NCBI GenBank assembly: GCA_050173015.1 | Contig: JBFXLE010000010.1 | Location: forward strand, 46,841-110,840 | From: Calditrichaceae bacterium | GTDB taxonomy: Bacteria; Calditrichota; Calditrichia; Calditrichales; JBFXGD01 | Length of the DNA stretch: 64,000 nt | Direction: 5' to 3' | In this document: in pieces, positions 10,572 through 19,279 of the stretch | Position numbering within the stretch: position 1 is the stretch's first letter | Layout: each line of letters opens with the position of its first letter | Notes under the pieces: model-generated | Database searches by the model: none | What the model saw: only the letters and a program-made list of their open reading frames with translations | Told to the model about the DNA's origin: nothing | Translations under genes and position numbers: made by a program

Positions 10572-11194
10572 TAGAAACGTTGCCCGACTTCAAGCCGCAG
10601 ATCAAATGTTGACTGGTCCTTTCGCTCGCCGATGGTTTCGGTGAACGGAAAAAATCGATACTGCAATCTGATTCCAAGGAAATTCTTTGAACTGACATTC
10701 GCGTCGATACCCGCGGCGATCAATCCCCCCAGAGTAAGGGAGTACTGGTCTCTTGTTTTTGTCCCGTCCGGTTTTGTATCATACTCCGGAAAATTCATCC
10801 CGTAAACCGGCCCGACGCCAAACTCGAGAAACGGTCTGACATTGTCATCCAAATCATTCGCGAACATTCTTTTTTTTGCTGTAAACATAAAATCGAGGAT
10901 ATAAACATTGTTATCACCATTGACTGTTCTGGGGTAGCCGTAAATATCAATATAGTTAAATTCTTTACTGTCCCTGAGCATAAATCCGTCAAATCCCATT
11001 CCGACATGCCAGTAACTTTTAAGAGGCCATTTGATGAAAGCGCCAATCCCGGCTCCGAGTTCAACCATACTGAATGCTAACCCGCGCTGCCGGTATGTCG
11101 TCGGCTGCGGATCCTGCTGAAGATATTGTTCAAATTGGCTGAATCCGTGAATCGGAATTAAAATTAATAAAAGAATGAATATGTATTTTTTCAA
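10571..11194 (-). CDS. outer-membrane beta-barrel protein (small porin/OmpA-barrel-like)
   Basis: 207 aa. Signal peptide (ILIPIHGFSQ), alternating amphipathic beta-strand pattern, C-terminal ...LEVGQRF ending in Phe. Confidence 0.65.
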   Translation of the reverse strand: MKKYIFILLLILIPIHGFSQFEQYLQQDPQPTTYRQRGLAFSMVELGAGIGAFIKWPLKSYWHVGMGFDGFMLRDSKEFNYIDIYGYPRTVNGDNNVYILDFMFTAKKRMFANDLDDNVRPFLEFGVGPVYGMNFPEYDTKPDGTKTRDQYSLTLGGLIAAGIDANVSSKNFLGIRLQYRFFPFTETIGERKDQSTFDLRLEVGQRF

Positions 11195-11587
11195 ATTATC
11201 CTCCCGTGCTAAAATATAGTCGATCTCTCAAAACCATTCAACTATTTTTCATCGACAGTTCCACCTTAAATATAGAGGCTTCTCACTATGATAAACAAAA
11301 TCCAATTATACCGGTTCCCTGAAAAAGTGATGAGCACTCCTTTCAATATTATATTAGAAGGAAATTCTCATCATTTTTATTCTGACAATCCGTGTATAAA
11401 AATTATAAATGCCGGGTTAACATTTTCATTGATCTATTCTGTCCAATTTTCCCTACAATTAATTAACACTTTTTAAGGACATCCTTTTGATGTTCATCGT
11501 ATCAAGTCTATGGGCTTGATTTAAACACTTTAAATGATCATGCCTTTTGATTTGCAAAAATTCAAATTTAACATTTTACCTTATAAA

Positions 11588-11622
11588 CAAAAAAATCCCT
11601 TTCCACCTGAATGAAAAGGGAT
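11588..11622 (-). terminator. intrinsic terminator downstream of 11644..12045
   Basis: On the minus strand the stem is ATCCCTTT/AAAGGGAT (11595-11602 / 11615-11622), followed by a T-run (plus-strand A-run 11588-11595). Confidence 0.55.
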
Positions 11623-11643
11623 TAATGATATTTGAAAATTATA

Positions 11644-12045
11644 TTATCTGAACATGGCTTTTATCGCGCCCCAGGTTCGAAACACACCTGATATATTCGG
11701 GTGAACGATCATCGAATCCGTTTCTTCGATAAGTGTATCGCTTTCCCCGACCGCCTTTATTTTATAAAAAAGAGCCGTGCCGCTTTTGAACATCACATTC
11801 TCATCGACAAAATCATACGAAGTTCCCGGGCCTTTTGGCTTTACACGTTTTAATTCCGCGAAATCTGTCTGGGATGAGCTTTTTAGTATAATAAAATGCC
11901 TGACTCCCTCTTCAGAAGATGTAACCCATGACACGGTCACCTTATCTGTTGTTGGAACAGCGCTATACTCACTGAATATGATACCCGCAAATAACAACGT
12001 TGCCGGTAAAATAATAACTATTAAAAAGAAGAGTGCTTTACGCAT
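11644..12045 (-). CDS. hypothetical membrane-anchored/secreted protein (Ig/FN3-like beta-rich domain)
   Basis: 133 aa. N-terminal hydrophobic anchor (ALFFLIVIILPATLLFAGI). No recognised family. Confidence 0.55.
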   Translation of the reverse strand: MRKALFFLIVIILPATLLFAGIIFSEYSAVPTTDKVTVSWVTSSEEGVRHFIILKSSSQTDFAELKRVKPKGPGTSYDFVDENVMFKSGTALFYKIKAVGESDTLIEETDSMIVHPNISGVFRTWGAIKAMFR

Positions 12046-12091
12046 GAAGAGTTTTCTGCCTCATACTATTAATTAATGTAAATATATAATG

Positions 12092-12922
12092 TTAATTAGC
12101 TAAATCAAGACTTTTCTGAATAATATGTACCTTTGAACTATGCGGAAGCGGGGGAGAAATTAATGACAAGGTGTCCGCGGTTCCGATCTTCAGAATTTCC
12201 AGAGTTTCTCCTCCATCCCCTGTTGAAAGCAGTTTGCCGGAAGCATCAAAATATCTGCTTTCTATGTACTCTCCCTTGATTTTTCCGACGTCAATCATGC
12301 CTTTTACACGTGTCTCTTCCCCCATGCCGGCTTCAATATTATTTATTAAAATCGTGATCAGTCCCTGTGAATTATCGACCCGATTAACAATACCTTGAAC
12401 TTTAACTGAATCTGTTTTTAATTCTGCGCGTTGCCCTTTGTATATATAGCGGGCCTGTTCATAGCTTAACGGTACTTTCAGAATCTGATAGTCATTGTTT
12501 CTGATCTCAAATAGCGGGGTCCCTGGACCGATGTTATCACCAACTTTAATAAATACTTTTGTGATTTCACCCGTCATTGGCGACCGGATGTCAATGGGTG
12601 TATATTCTTTTTGTTTTGAAAGGCTCCATAAACCGGCCAGAAAGTCGTTCTGATTTACTTTCTTGCCTTGTTCCACAAGCAGCGCTATCACATTCGAGCT
12701 ATCCGCGGAGTATATAATTCTATGTTCAAAAGCTTCTGTCATCCCTTCAAACGGAATATATACCTGCCGGTATTCATGATGGATATCCACAGAATCAGCA
12801 ATCAGATTCATATCCTGAACTATGAGTTTTTGGTCCGGATTCTGATTCGCCTGACTCCCGCACCCACTAAGAGACAATTGAATCAAAATGCAAATGCCAG
12901 TAAAACTAATACCTGTACTCAT
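12092..12922 (-). CDS. HlyD/membrane-fusion-protein-like lipoprotein (biotin-lipoyl-like hairpin)
   Basis: 276 aa. Lipobox (LSLSG-C-GS). SPMTGEITKVFIKVGDNIGPGTPLFEI is the typical barrel-sandwich hybrid motif of periplasmic adaptor proteins. Confidence 0.45.
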   Translation of the reverse strand: MSTGISFTGICILIQLSLSGCGSQANQNPDQKLIVQDMNLIADSVDIHHEYRQVYIPFEGMTEAFEHRIIYSADSSNVIALLVEQGKKVNQNDFLAGLWSLSKQKEYTPIDIRSPMTGEITKVFIKVGDNIGPGTPLFEIRNNDYQILKVPLSYEQARYIYKGQRAELKTDSVKVQGIVNRVDNSQGLITILINNIEAGMGEETRVKGMIDVGKIKGEYIESRYFDASGKLLSTGDGGETLEILKIGTADTLSLISPPLPHSSKVHIIQKSLDLAN

Positions 12923-13156
12923 TAAGATTATTCCTGATATCTATTAACTCGATTATCGTCTTAATCCGTTGAATTGACTGATAACGCGGTCCAAAATCAA
13001 TTTATCCTAAAAAATGATCCATTAATAATCTGGAATAATCGAATCTGTACTCCGGTTAGATGAGTACAAAATATTCATTTATCGATGTTAAATTTAAAGT
13101 AAATCACTTTTACCGGAAAATAAACAATTTTTATCACAATTAAGGGGGATTTTTTT

Positions 13157-13693
13157 ATGAGCAAGGAATTTAAGAACCATCATTCAAATAAATTAGCGGG
13201 ATTTACAAAAGGCTCCATTCTTCTGAGCGCTATTGCCGGATTAACGGTTGGTCAGGCGCCGGAGAATGTCTTTGCCTATTCACCGCTGGGATCGGGAAGC
13301 GAAGTGAGAGAAGCGCTTTCATCTCTGAATAACGCGCCTAAAGCGCCGGCAGAACTCAAATGCGCGGGAGAGACTAAGAAATCCGCGGAGAAAAAAGCCG
13401 ATGCCAAACATGAGGCAAAGGAGATGAAGGATGCAAAAGCGGCCGAGGCAAAATGCGGTGAAGGGAAATGCGGCGAATCTAAAGCCGATATGAAAAAAGC
13501 CGGCGCGATAAAGGACAGCGCGTCAGTAGAATCGAAGGCGGCCGAAGCTAAGTGTGGTGAGGGTAAATGCGGAGAGGGAAAGTGCGGTGAGGGTAAAGCT
13601 TCCGATAAAAAGGCTGTAGATAAAAAAGCCGATGCGGTTAATGATTCAAAGGCAGCGGAAGCCAAGTGTGGCGAAGGTAAATGCGGACAATAA
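13157..13693 (+). CDS. secreted Cys-repeat (EGKCG) precursor protein, HvfA-like putative RiPP metallophore substrate
   Basis: 178 aa. Sec-type signal (GSILLSAIAGLTVG...VFA|YS). The mature part is Lys/Ala/Glu-rich with 8 Cys (aa 69, 100, 105, 133, 138, 143, 171, 176); seven sit in AEAKCGEGKCG(EGKCG) blocks. Synonymous codon variation between the blocks argues for selection on the peptide. It lies directly upstream of the DUF692 and DUF2063 genes. Confidence 0.8.
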   Translation: MSKEFKNHHSNKLAGFTKGSILLSAIAGLTVGQAPENVFAYSPLGSGSEVREALSSLNNAPKAPAELKCAGETKKSAEKKADAKHEAKEMKDAKAAEAKCGEGKCGESKADMKKAGAIKDSASVESKAAEAKCGEGKCGEGKCGEGKASDKKAVDKKADAVNDSKAAEAKCGEGKCGQ

Positions 13694-13702
13694 TTATTCT
13701 TT

Positions 13703-13743
13703 GGGCAGGCATTTCTATCCGCCTGCCCGATTTTTATTTTTTT
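13703..13743 (+). terminator. intrinsic terminator/attenuator between the precursor and maturase genes
   Basis: Stem GGGCAGGC (13703-13710) / GCCTGCCC (13721-13728), 10-nt loop, then the T-rich tract GATTTTTATTTTTTT. AGGAG and the next ATG follow immediately. Confidence 0.6.
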
Positions 13744-13760
13744 AAGGAGTGAGGCCTATA

Positions 13761-14594
13761 ATGATCAAGGGAGCCGGTTTGGGATTCAGGCGGCACCTTG
13801 CCGACGATCTGATTGGCGCGGAGAAAAACAAACCGCAGTTTGTGGAATTCGCGCCTGAAAACTGGATGGGCATGGGCGGCTACTGGGGTAAAAAATTAAA
13901 AGCCGTAGTCGAAAAATATCCGATTATCAACCACGGGTTATCACTTTCCATCGGAAGCCCCGAACCGCTGGACTGGGATTTCCTGAAAGATCTAAAGAAA
14001 TTTTTTAATGAATTCCCTGTACAGATTTATTCAGAGCATTTGAGTTACAGTAAATGCAACAATGCTCATTTATATGACCTTTTGCCTATCCCCTTCCGCG
14101 AAGATGCTGTACGCCATATCGTTGACCGTATCAGACAAATCCAGGATTTTCTTGAACGGCCCATCGCTATCGAAAATGTTTCTTATTATACACCGGTCGC
14201 GGCGGAAATGGATGAAATTACTTTTATTAATACAATTGTTAATGAATCCGGCTGCAACCTTCTTCTCGACGTTAACAATGTTTATGTCAACGCCTTCAAT
14301 CATCAATATGACGCCAAGGAGTTCATAAGCGGAATTCCTCTTGATAAAGTCGTTTATATCCACATGGCGGGTCATGAACAGGTCAGTCCGGACCTGATTA
14401 TAGATACACACGGCCAGCCCATTATAGATCCCGTATTTGATTTATTTGAATGGACAATCGAAAGAGTTAAACCGGTTCCGGTACTTCTGGAACGTGATTT
14501 TAATATTCCTGAATTTGACGAACTGCAGGTTGAGTTAGGCCGTCTGCAGTCATTAATGGAATTGAAATGGGAAGCTCAAAATGTTGTTGCGTGA
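13761..14594 (+). CDS. DUF692/UPF0276 family multinuclear non-heme iron oxidase (MNIO; MbnB/HvfB/BufB-like peptide maturase)
   Basis: TIM-barrel-type family motifs are present: GLGFRR, YSEHLSY, AIENVSYY, LLLDVNNVYVNA, YIHMAGH, VLLERDFN. The track ORF starts at GTG 13749; ATG 13761, preceded by AGGAG (13745-13749), is the likelier start. Confidence 0.85.
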   Translation: MIKGAGLGFRRHLADDLIGAEKNKPQFVEFAPENWMGMGGYWGKKLKAVVEKYPIINHGLSLSIGSPEPLDWDFLKDLKKFFNEFPVQIYSEHLSYSKCNNAHLYDLLPIPFREDAVRHIVDRIRQIQDFLERPIAIENVSYYTPVAAEMDEITFINTIVNESGCNLLLDVNNVYVNAFNHQYDAKEFISGIPLDKVVYIHMAGHEQVSPDLIIDTHGQPIIDPVFDLFEWTIERVKPVPVLLERDFNIPEFDELQVELGRLQSLMELKWEAQNVVA

Positions 14595-15333
14595 AGAAAC
14601 CCGTCAAATACAAAATGAGCTTGCGGACTACTGCCGCAGCGGTGTACCCCGTCCAATCAAAGGGGCTAAAGCGGATCGTTTGCACCACTACCGGAGACTG
14701 GTCTTCAATGTCATCAACGGTACCCTCGAAACCGCCTATCCGGTAACTCGTCAGATATTACCCGAGGAAGACTGGACTCAGATGGTGAATGACTTTTTTA
14801 TCAACCATAATCCTCAGTCTCCGCAGGTCTGGAAGATGCCTTATGAATTCTATATTTTCTGTTCAGAAAACAAATATTCTGAAAAATTTCACCGCCCTTA
14901 TCTGACTGATTTGCTGTATTTTGAATGGATCGAGATTGAAGTACACACGATGGAGGACCTGATCATTCCGCCGTTTCAATCCGAAGGTGATTTACTTGAG
15001 AGCCCGCTCATCATCAATCCTGAGTTCCGGCTGATCCGATTAACTTATCCCGTACACAAATTCTCTTCTGATGAACTTTCCGCGAATGCCGGTGATTACT
15101 TTATCCTCTGTTACCGGGAACAAAAAAATCTGTCTGTAAGATTTTTTGAGTTTTCCTCGTTTTTCGCGGTGGTGTTTGAGAAACTAATTAATAATCGTAT
15201 TTCAGGAAAAGAAGCGTTAGCCGAAGCGGGAATGCTTTTCGACATTCATGACGAACAGGTATTGCTTCAAAACGGACTGCCATTTTTTAACGATTTGTTT
15301 ACTCAGGGTATCATTCTTGGTTTTGCCCCCTAG
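14581..15333 (+). CDS. DUF2063 family protein (MbnC/HvfC/BufC-like MNIO partner)
   Basis: 250 aa. The N-terminal pattern ...LQ.ELA.Y.R......I.G....RL..YRRLVFN.I.G.LE.AYPV.R..L is typical of DUF2063. It overlaps the MNIO gene by 14 nt, suggesting translational coupling. Confidence 0.75.
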   Translation: MLLREETRQIQNELADYCRSGVPRPIKGAKADRLHHYRRLVFNVINGTLETAYPVTRQILPEEDWTQMVNDFFINHNPQSPQVWKMPYEFYIFCSENKYSEKFHRPYLTDLLYFEWIEIEVHTMEDLIIPPFQSEGDLLESPLIINPEFRLIRLTYPVHKFSSDELSANAGDYFILCYREQKNLSVRFFEFSSFFAVVFEKLINNRISGKEALAEAGMLFDIHDEQVLLQNGLPFFNDLFTQGIILGFAP

Positions 15334-15443
15334 AAAACCTCTTTTATCTGTTCTTTTTCTCCTTTTTAAAGATTATGTTTTAAATATCCCTTATTATTTT
15401 TAACTTGGCAGTTAAAAAATGGTATAAAGACCGGTAAGGGATA

Positions 15444-16937
15444 ATGAGCGATTATATCTATTTCTGGATTGGTTTTCTGGCATACAGCATCATAGTCATC
15501 TGGATCGGATTCTATATCTGGAAGAAAGAAAAGGCATCGGGCAGGCACTGCGACAACTCAGCATACTGGTCGGCAAGCGGTAATCTATCCGGCTTATCCA
15601 GCGGACTCTCCATTTCCGCCAGCATGATGTCCATAAGCTGGTCATGTGTGTATGGAGTACAGCTCTTTTACTGGTACGGACCGGGTGGCGCGTGGCTTCT
15701 TATTATCCCCTGGCTTATAACGATGGCCGGTTTTTTTATATTTGCCTCCCGTTTCCGGAAGTTTAAGACCTTTTCACAGCCGGAACTTCTCGAAAAACGC
15801 TTTGGATCAAAGGCAAGACAGCTGCTTGCTCCGGCGCTGATTGTAGTATTTATTACATGGACGGGGGCGGAAATATATGCCGCCGGAAATATCATCGCGC
15901 CGTTTCTCGGTATATCGCTCAATCAGGCGCTGCTCATCATCACGATTGTTGTTTCTGTGTACACATTTACCGGCGGATTCGAAGCAGTTGTTTCCACTGA
16001 TAAGATTCAGTTTCTATTGGTCGCGGTTTTCATAACCAGCCTGGCTGTCATCGGCTGGAACGCTTTGCCCGCCGGCGCTTCCATCTGGGATATCCCTCCG
16101 CCGCCAAAATTAAATCACCATTCAAATTTATTCGCGCCCGGTATCGCGCTTATCGCAGTCACTTTTTTTGCCTATCTTCCGGGCTGGCTGATTGAAACCG
16201 ATGTCTGGATCAGACTGCAGGCCGCAAAATCAAACGGAGCCGCGAGAAGAGGCATTTTGATTGCAGGCATCAATTCCTTCGTTTTCGTTGGTGTCATGCC
16301 TCTGCTTATCGGCATGTCGGCATTAATACTTTTTCCTCCCGTTAACGGAATCATCCCGGGGCAGCTCAAGGACGGGACAGTAATACTAACCGTGCTTATG
16401 CAGAATTACGCGCCGGTCTGGTTAAATGTATTTTTGTCCATCGGTCTTATAGCCGCTGCCATGTCCACCATCGACACCTGTGGCAATGTGGTTGCTCTCT
16501 CCTTCTCTTTCGACCTGGTCGAACCACATGTTCAAAACAAATGGTCCGCCGCCCGCTTAAACAATTTCGCCCGGATCTCCTCGGTGGGGGCAGTATTTAT
16601 ATCCTATATTTACGCTATTTTTACAGAAAGTTTGTGGGATATTTTTTATCTTTCTTCCGGAATATTAACCACGACTGTTTTTATCCCGGTTATCAGCAGT
16701 TTTTTTAAATCGACCCAAAAAAGTCAAGTTCATTTTTCAATCGTTTTTGGCTTTTTATCCACATTGATATTTTATTTTCTTGAATCACGCGGGAATATGG
16801 GATTTTTTGAACCATCGTTTTTATCCGGGACCGGGCTTAGTTATATCCTGTGGGGATTTATTTTTTCCATTATCGGATTCTTTACCGGAAAATTGTTTTC
16901 CGGTTCCGGCGCAATGGACGAAAGAGCAGACATCTGA
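15444..16937 (+). CDS. sodium:solute symporter (SSS) family transporter
   Basis: 497 aa with about 13 hydrophobic segments. GGFEAVVSTDKIQF resembles the conserved SSS motif (GG..A...TD..Q). Confidence 0.7.
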   Translation: MSDYIYFWIGFLAYSIIVIWIGFYIWKKEKASGRHCDNSAYWSASGNLSGLSSGLSISASMMSISWSCVYGVQLFYWYGPGGAWLLIIPWLITMAGFFIFASRFRKFKTFSQPELLEKRFGSKARQLLAPALIVVFITWTGAEIYAAGNIIAPFLGISLNQALLIITIVVSVYTFTGGFEAVVSTDKIQFLLVAVFITSLAVIGWNALPAGASIWDIPPPPKLNHHSNLFAPGIALIAVTFFAYLPGWLIETDVWIRLQAAKSNGAARRGILIAGINSFVFVGVMPLLIGMSALILFPPVNGIIPGQLKDGTVILTVLMQNYAPVWLNVFLSIGLIAAAMSTIDTCGNVVALSFSFDLVEPHVQNKWSAARLNNFARISSVGAVFISYIYAIFTESLWDIFYLSSGILTTTVFIPVISSFFKSTQKSQVHFSIVFGFLSTLIFYFLESRGNMGFFEPSFLSGTGLSYILWGFIFSIIGFFTGKLFSGSGAMDERADI

Positions 16938-17144
16938 ACGCCGTTTTTTAAATACAAGCGTTTTAATATCAGCAAAATTATCCTCATTACATTCCGGTAA
17001 AATGTGCCATAAATCACAGCCATTTATTTTATTAATCGATAAAATCAACAAGGTCAATTATATGAACGGAAATAGATATTTAAATGCAAGCGTTTAATTT
17101 GGGGTCGTGTTGTTCAAAATTTAATTCAATCTAAGGAGAATTTC

Positions 17145-17681
17145 ATGAAGAAGTTATTACTAGTCGCACTTGTTATTTTCACACTGGGCTCATTTGGCTT
17201 TGCACAGGGTATTGGTTTCCACGGTGTTGCTCCTCAGGTAGCGCTGCTTGTACCCGGTGAGGATGGTCTCACCACAGGCTTTGCATTTGGCGCAAAAGTT
17301 AATTTGGGTGAAGTGGCTCCGGGAATCTCTATTTATCCGTTAGCGTTTTATCATATGCCCGGAACCGATTACGACGATTTGACATTCAGCGATATTCAGA
17401 TCGGCGCGGATGTACATTATAATCTTCCAAGCGTTGCCGGTGTTTACGTTGGGGGTGGACTTACATTTAACATCCTTACAATTGAGTTAGATTATACAAA
17501 TCCATTCACCGGTCAAACCGATACGTATGATGAGTCAGAAAATCGGATAGGCTTTTCACTGTTGGGCGGCTATAAATTCCCAATAGGCGGTATGGATGCA
17601 ATGGCGGAAGCAAAATACGGAATCGTTTCCGATTACAGCCATTTGATGATTGGACTCGCTGTAATGTTCGGCGCAAAATAA
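17145..17681 (+). CDS. small outer-membrane beta-barrel protein
   Basis: 178 aa. Signal peptide (TLGSFGFAQG) and alternating beta-strand pattern with aromatic girdle residues. Confidence 0.6.
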   Translation: MKKLLLVALVIFTLGSFGFAQGIGFHGVAPQVALLVPGEDGLTTGFAFGAKVNLGEVAPGISIYPLAFYHMPGTDYDDLTFSDIQIGADVHYNLPSVAGVYVGGGLTFNILTIELDYTNPFTGQTDTYDESENRIGFSLLGGYKFPIGGMDAMAEAKYGIVSDYSHLMIGLAVMFGAK

Positions 17682-17704
17682 TTTTTTTTGAAAATATGTA
17701 TAAA

Positions 17705-17740
17705 AGGCTGTCTTTGGAAAAGGGCAGCCTTTTTTATTTT
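17705..17740. terminator. bidirectional intrinsic terminator between convergent genes
   Basis: Stem AGGCTGTC / GGCAGCCT (one mismatch), flanked by an A-run upstream and TTTTTTATTTT downstream. It overlaps the stop of the MATE gene. Confidence 0.6.
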
Positions 17741-19083
17741 ATTTCACCAATTTTCTTTTTCCATAATCCCATTGCGAATAGAATGGTATTGAGCAGTCCT
17801 TTTAAAAAGGTTGTGAGCGCGATGGCCCACCATATCCCCTTTGTTCCCCAATCCAGATTAATGGCAAAAAACCAGGCAAGAGGAATACGGCTGAGGGTGA
17901 CAGGAACAGAAACAAGCATTACCGGAAGCGTATATCCCGCGCCGCTGAAGGCCCCTTCCATTATGACTTCAAGTCCCAAAAAAATTTCAAATACCGCGAT
18001 AATACGCAGGTATTCCACGCCTATTTTTTGTACGCTCACATCTGTAGTGAAGACGCTCATCAACCATTCCGGCCAGAAAAAAAAGACAACCGAAACCAGA
18101 AAGAGTGTCATCACTCCATAAATATTGACCCACCAGGCCGCCTTTTGCGCCGAAGCAATGGAGCGCGCGCCGACATTCTGGCCCACGAGTGTTGAAGCGG
18201 CAGCAGAGTATCCTACACAGGCAAACCAGGCGATCCCTTCTATTCTGTGACATACACCAATTGCCGCGATCGCTTCTGTTCCAAACCGGGCGATAATACC
18301 GGTCAGCGCGACATAGATCAGGCTGAAAAAGAATCCTCCAAAGGCAATGGGACTGCCAATACTGAGAATTCTCCAGATGATTATTTTGTCAATCCGCACC
18401 CGGAAATCAGGAAGAAATTTTTTCTTTCGCAGAATGTAAACACAAAGTCCCGCCGCGACTATTTCGGACAATATGGTCGCGAAGGCCGCGCCCGCCACAC
18501 CCATTTCAGGAAAACCGAACCAACCAAAGATAAAGACAGGATCAAGAACAGCATTTAATAAAAGGGCAATTGCTAAAATGATCATCGGCGTTTTGGTATC
18601 ACCGATGCCTCTGAAGACTCCTTCCATCCCGACAAACCAAAATGAAAAAATCAGTCCTGATAAAACGATACTCAGATAGGTCCGAGCCTCATTAAAAACT
18701 ATTTCATCGAATCCCATCACACGGAACAGCATATTTTGCGTCACAAACACAACGATAGCGATCACCACCGCGCTTATGGTATTGATGAGCATTCCCTGAC
18801 CGGCGGCATATCTTCCCTTTTCTTCATCTCCGGCTCCGACACTTTGCGCGACAAGCGTCGTTATTCCGTTTACGCTTAAAGCCGAAAGAGAAAATATCGC
18901 CCACATAATAAATGAACTTCCACCGATCGCCGCCAGCGCTGAAGCGCCAAGCTTCCCCACCCAATAAGCGTCTATCAGCTGATATAGTGTTTGCAGAACC
19001 GAAGAAATCATCCCCGGAAATGATAATTCATAGATTGATTTATGAAGATTTTGATTTATCAACGAGTAGTTTTGTTTTTTCAT
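17734..19083 (-). CDS. MATE family efflux transporter
   Basis: 449 aa with 12 TM segments. N-terminal ...PGMISSVLQTLYQLIDAYWVGKLG and an internal-duplication pattern typical of NorM/DinF-type MATE proteins. Confidence 0.85.
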   Translation of the reverse strand: MKKQNYSLINQNLHKSIYELSFPGMISSVLQTLYQLIDAYWVGKLGASALAAIGGSSFIMWAIFSLSALSVNGITTLVAQSVGAGDEEKGRYAAGQGMLINTISAVVIAIVVFVTQNMLFRVMGFDEIVFNEARTYLSIVLSGLIFSFWFVGMEGVFRGIGDTKTPMIILAIALLLNAVLDPVFIFGWFGFPEMGVAGAAFATILSEIVAAGLCVYILRKKKFLPDFRVRIDKIIIWRILSIGSPIAFGGFFFSLIYVALTGIIARFGTEAIAAIGVCHRIEGIAWFACVGYSAAASTLVGQNVGARSIASAQKAAWWVNIYGVMTLFLVSVVFFFWPEWLMSVFTTDVSVQKIGVEYLRIIAVFEIFLGLEVIMEGAFSGAGYTLPVMLVSVPVTLSRIPLAWFFAINLDWGTKGIWWAIALTTFLKGLLNTILFAMGLWKKKIGEIK

Positions 19084-19279
19084 CTAAACTGTTTCAATTT
19101 GGTTTATAACTGATCCGCTTCCAATCACATACCGGGTAGATGCGGATTTCAAATCCGGGCGAAACTTAACACCTGACTCTTATATTTCTAAATTTGTATC
19201 TTTATCGCGCAATTAAAAGATAGATTTAAAAAGTATTTCATGGCATTGTACGAGAGGGTCAAATGGATTTTATTTGTCT

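Noticed and set aside
13276-13665. 129-aa minus-strand ORF antisense to the Cys-repeat precursor gene.
   Set aside because: It is a mirror artefact of the GC-rich repetitive codons (GCN/GAR/AAR/GGN). The plus-strand ORF has a signal peptide, an RBS, peptide-level repeat conservation with synonymous variation, and the expected genomic context.
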